In this document: positions 63,319 to 64,000 of the stretch, piece by piece
Layout of the letters: every line of letters starts with the position of its first letter
Numbering within the stretch: position 1 is the first letter of the stretch
Translations under genes and position numbers: made by a program
Assembly: GCA_004556925.1 (NCBI GenBank)
Contig: SFFI01000004.1
Span: 9,298-73,297, forward strand
Reading direction: 5' to 3'
Source of the DNA: Clostridiales bacterium
Lineage (GTDB): Bacteria; Bacillota; Clostridia; Saccharofermentanales; DTU023
Length of the DNA stretch: 64,000 nt
The notes under the pieces: model-generated
Database searches by the model: none
Seen by the model: the letters and a program-made list of their open reading frames with translations, nothing else
What the model was told of the DNA's origin: nothing

Positions 63319-64000
63319 TTAATAGAGTTTTTGATCCTCCAGGGCCTGCCGCAAGCTCTGATACGTTGCAAACCGCTCCGGATGAATCTGGGCCTGGTCC
63401 TTGGCACAACCCAAGTCATTCAAGTGCTTGCAGTCGGCAAAGCGGCAATAGGGCGCAATCGCCTGCAATTCAGGATAAGCTGCCACAAGGTCTCTGGGCT
63501 CTAGGCCCATATTTTGAATATCAATAGCTTGAAATCCCGGCGTATCTGCAAGGAAAGCCGAGCCCAAAGCATAAATTTCTACCGACCGCGTAGTCTGCTT
63601 GCCCCTCCCCGCTTTATCAGATAAGGCACCAGTTTCCAAAATCTGGTCCCCTAAGAGCCGGTTCATCAAGGTGGACTTGCCTACGCCTGATTGACCAGCC
63701 AGAGCAGTAAACTTGTCTGCAAGCAGGGGCTCAAACTGATCCAGGCTAGCTTGGTCATCCCAGCCGGTGAAATAGAACGGAAAACCAGACGCAGCAAAAT
63801 AAGCTGCAAACTCCTCCCGTGCTGAGTCTGCTTCTGGCAGGTCACATTTTGTGAGGACAAGGAGGGGGCGGATCTGGTTATGCACCGCATAACAAATCAT
63901 GCGGTCTAAGTAATGGTAGTCTACCCGTGGTAGGACCGCTGAAGAAACCAGCATTAATTGGTCCAGGTTGGCCAAGGGAGGGCGGCGCAATTCATTTTGC
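63319..64000 (-). CDS. rsgA: ribosome small-subunit biogenesis GTPase RsgA, C-terminal part (N-terminus beyond the right edge)
   Basis: The frame is open to position 64000. Motifs LVLTKCDL and GQSGVGKSTLMNRL, plus the zinc motif CRFADCKHLNDLGC. Confidence 0.9.
   Translation of the reverse strand, partial: QNELRRPPLANLDQLMLVSSAVLPRVDYHYLDRMICYAVHNQIRPLLVLTKCDLPEADSAREEFAAYFAASGFPFYFTGWDDQASLDQFEPLLADKFTALAGQSGVGKSTLMNRLLGDQILETGALSDKAGRGKQTTRSVEIYALGSAFLADTPGFQAIDIQNMGLEPRDLVAAYPELQAIAPYCRFADCKHLNDLGCAKDQAQIHPERFATYQSLRQALEDQKLY

Overview
This is a chromosomal window, roughly half G+C by eye, from a Gram-positive genome with Bacillota-type gene order. I cannot name the species.

**Housekeeping content.** About 50 genes, mostly on the minus strand, are ordinary: rdgB, an RsmB/F-type m5C methyltransferase, argS, ppk-ppx, an NCS2 purine permease, smpB, tsaD, dut, a ZapA-like gene, rsmA (ksgA) next to a YabE-like G5/3D protein, htpG, a sortase, glgP, mltG, typA, der, rpmF, a type I pullulanase, proS, ackA-pta, tmcAL, tyrS, thiamine pyrophosphokinase, rpe and the 3' part of rsgA. 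One RNA gene is clear: tmRNA (ssrA, 25249-25625, plus strand).

**Accessory-looking centre (about 13.2-31.2 kb).**
- an NYN/LOTUS protein
- a MerR regulator with a textbook 19-bp-spacer promoter
- a visibly A/T-richer block: a 7-8 TM sensor-like protein, a HisKA_3 histidine kinase, a NarL/LuxR response regulator and two fused ABC exporters
- gene remnants
- a three-gene cassette just 3' of tmRNA: a secreted thioredoxin-fold protein, a small anchored protein and a TcyP-like symporter

**Best follow-up target.** A 1.8-kb gene-free segment (29343-31179) is built from several repeat families. It includes eight 35-nt palindromic hairpin units on an exact 74-bp phase. A condensed second copy of the same modular element lies at 13300-13640, and one stem shows a compensatory base-pair change between the two copies.

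**Not found.** I recognised no CRISPR array, transposase, integrase, prophage or known defence gene.

**Limits.** Coordinates were hand-counted and may be off by a few nt. All family assignments come from motif recognition in the translated ORFs, not from database searches.
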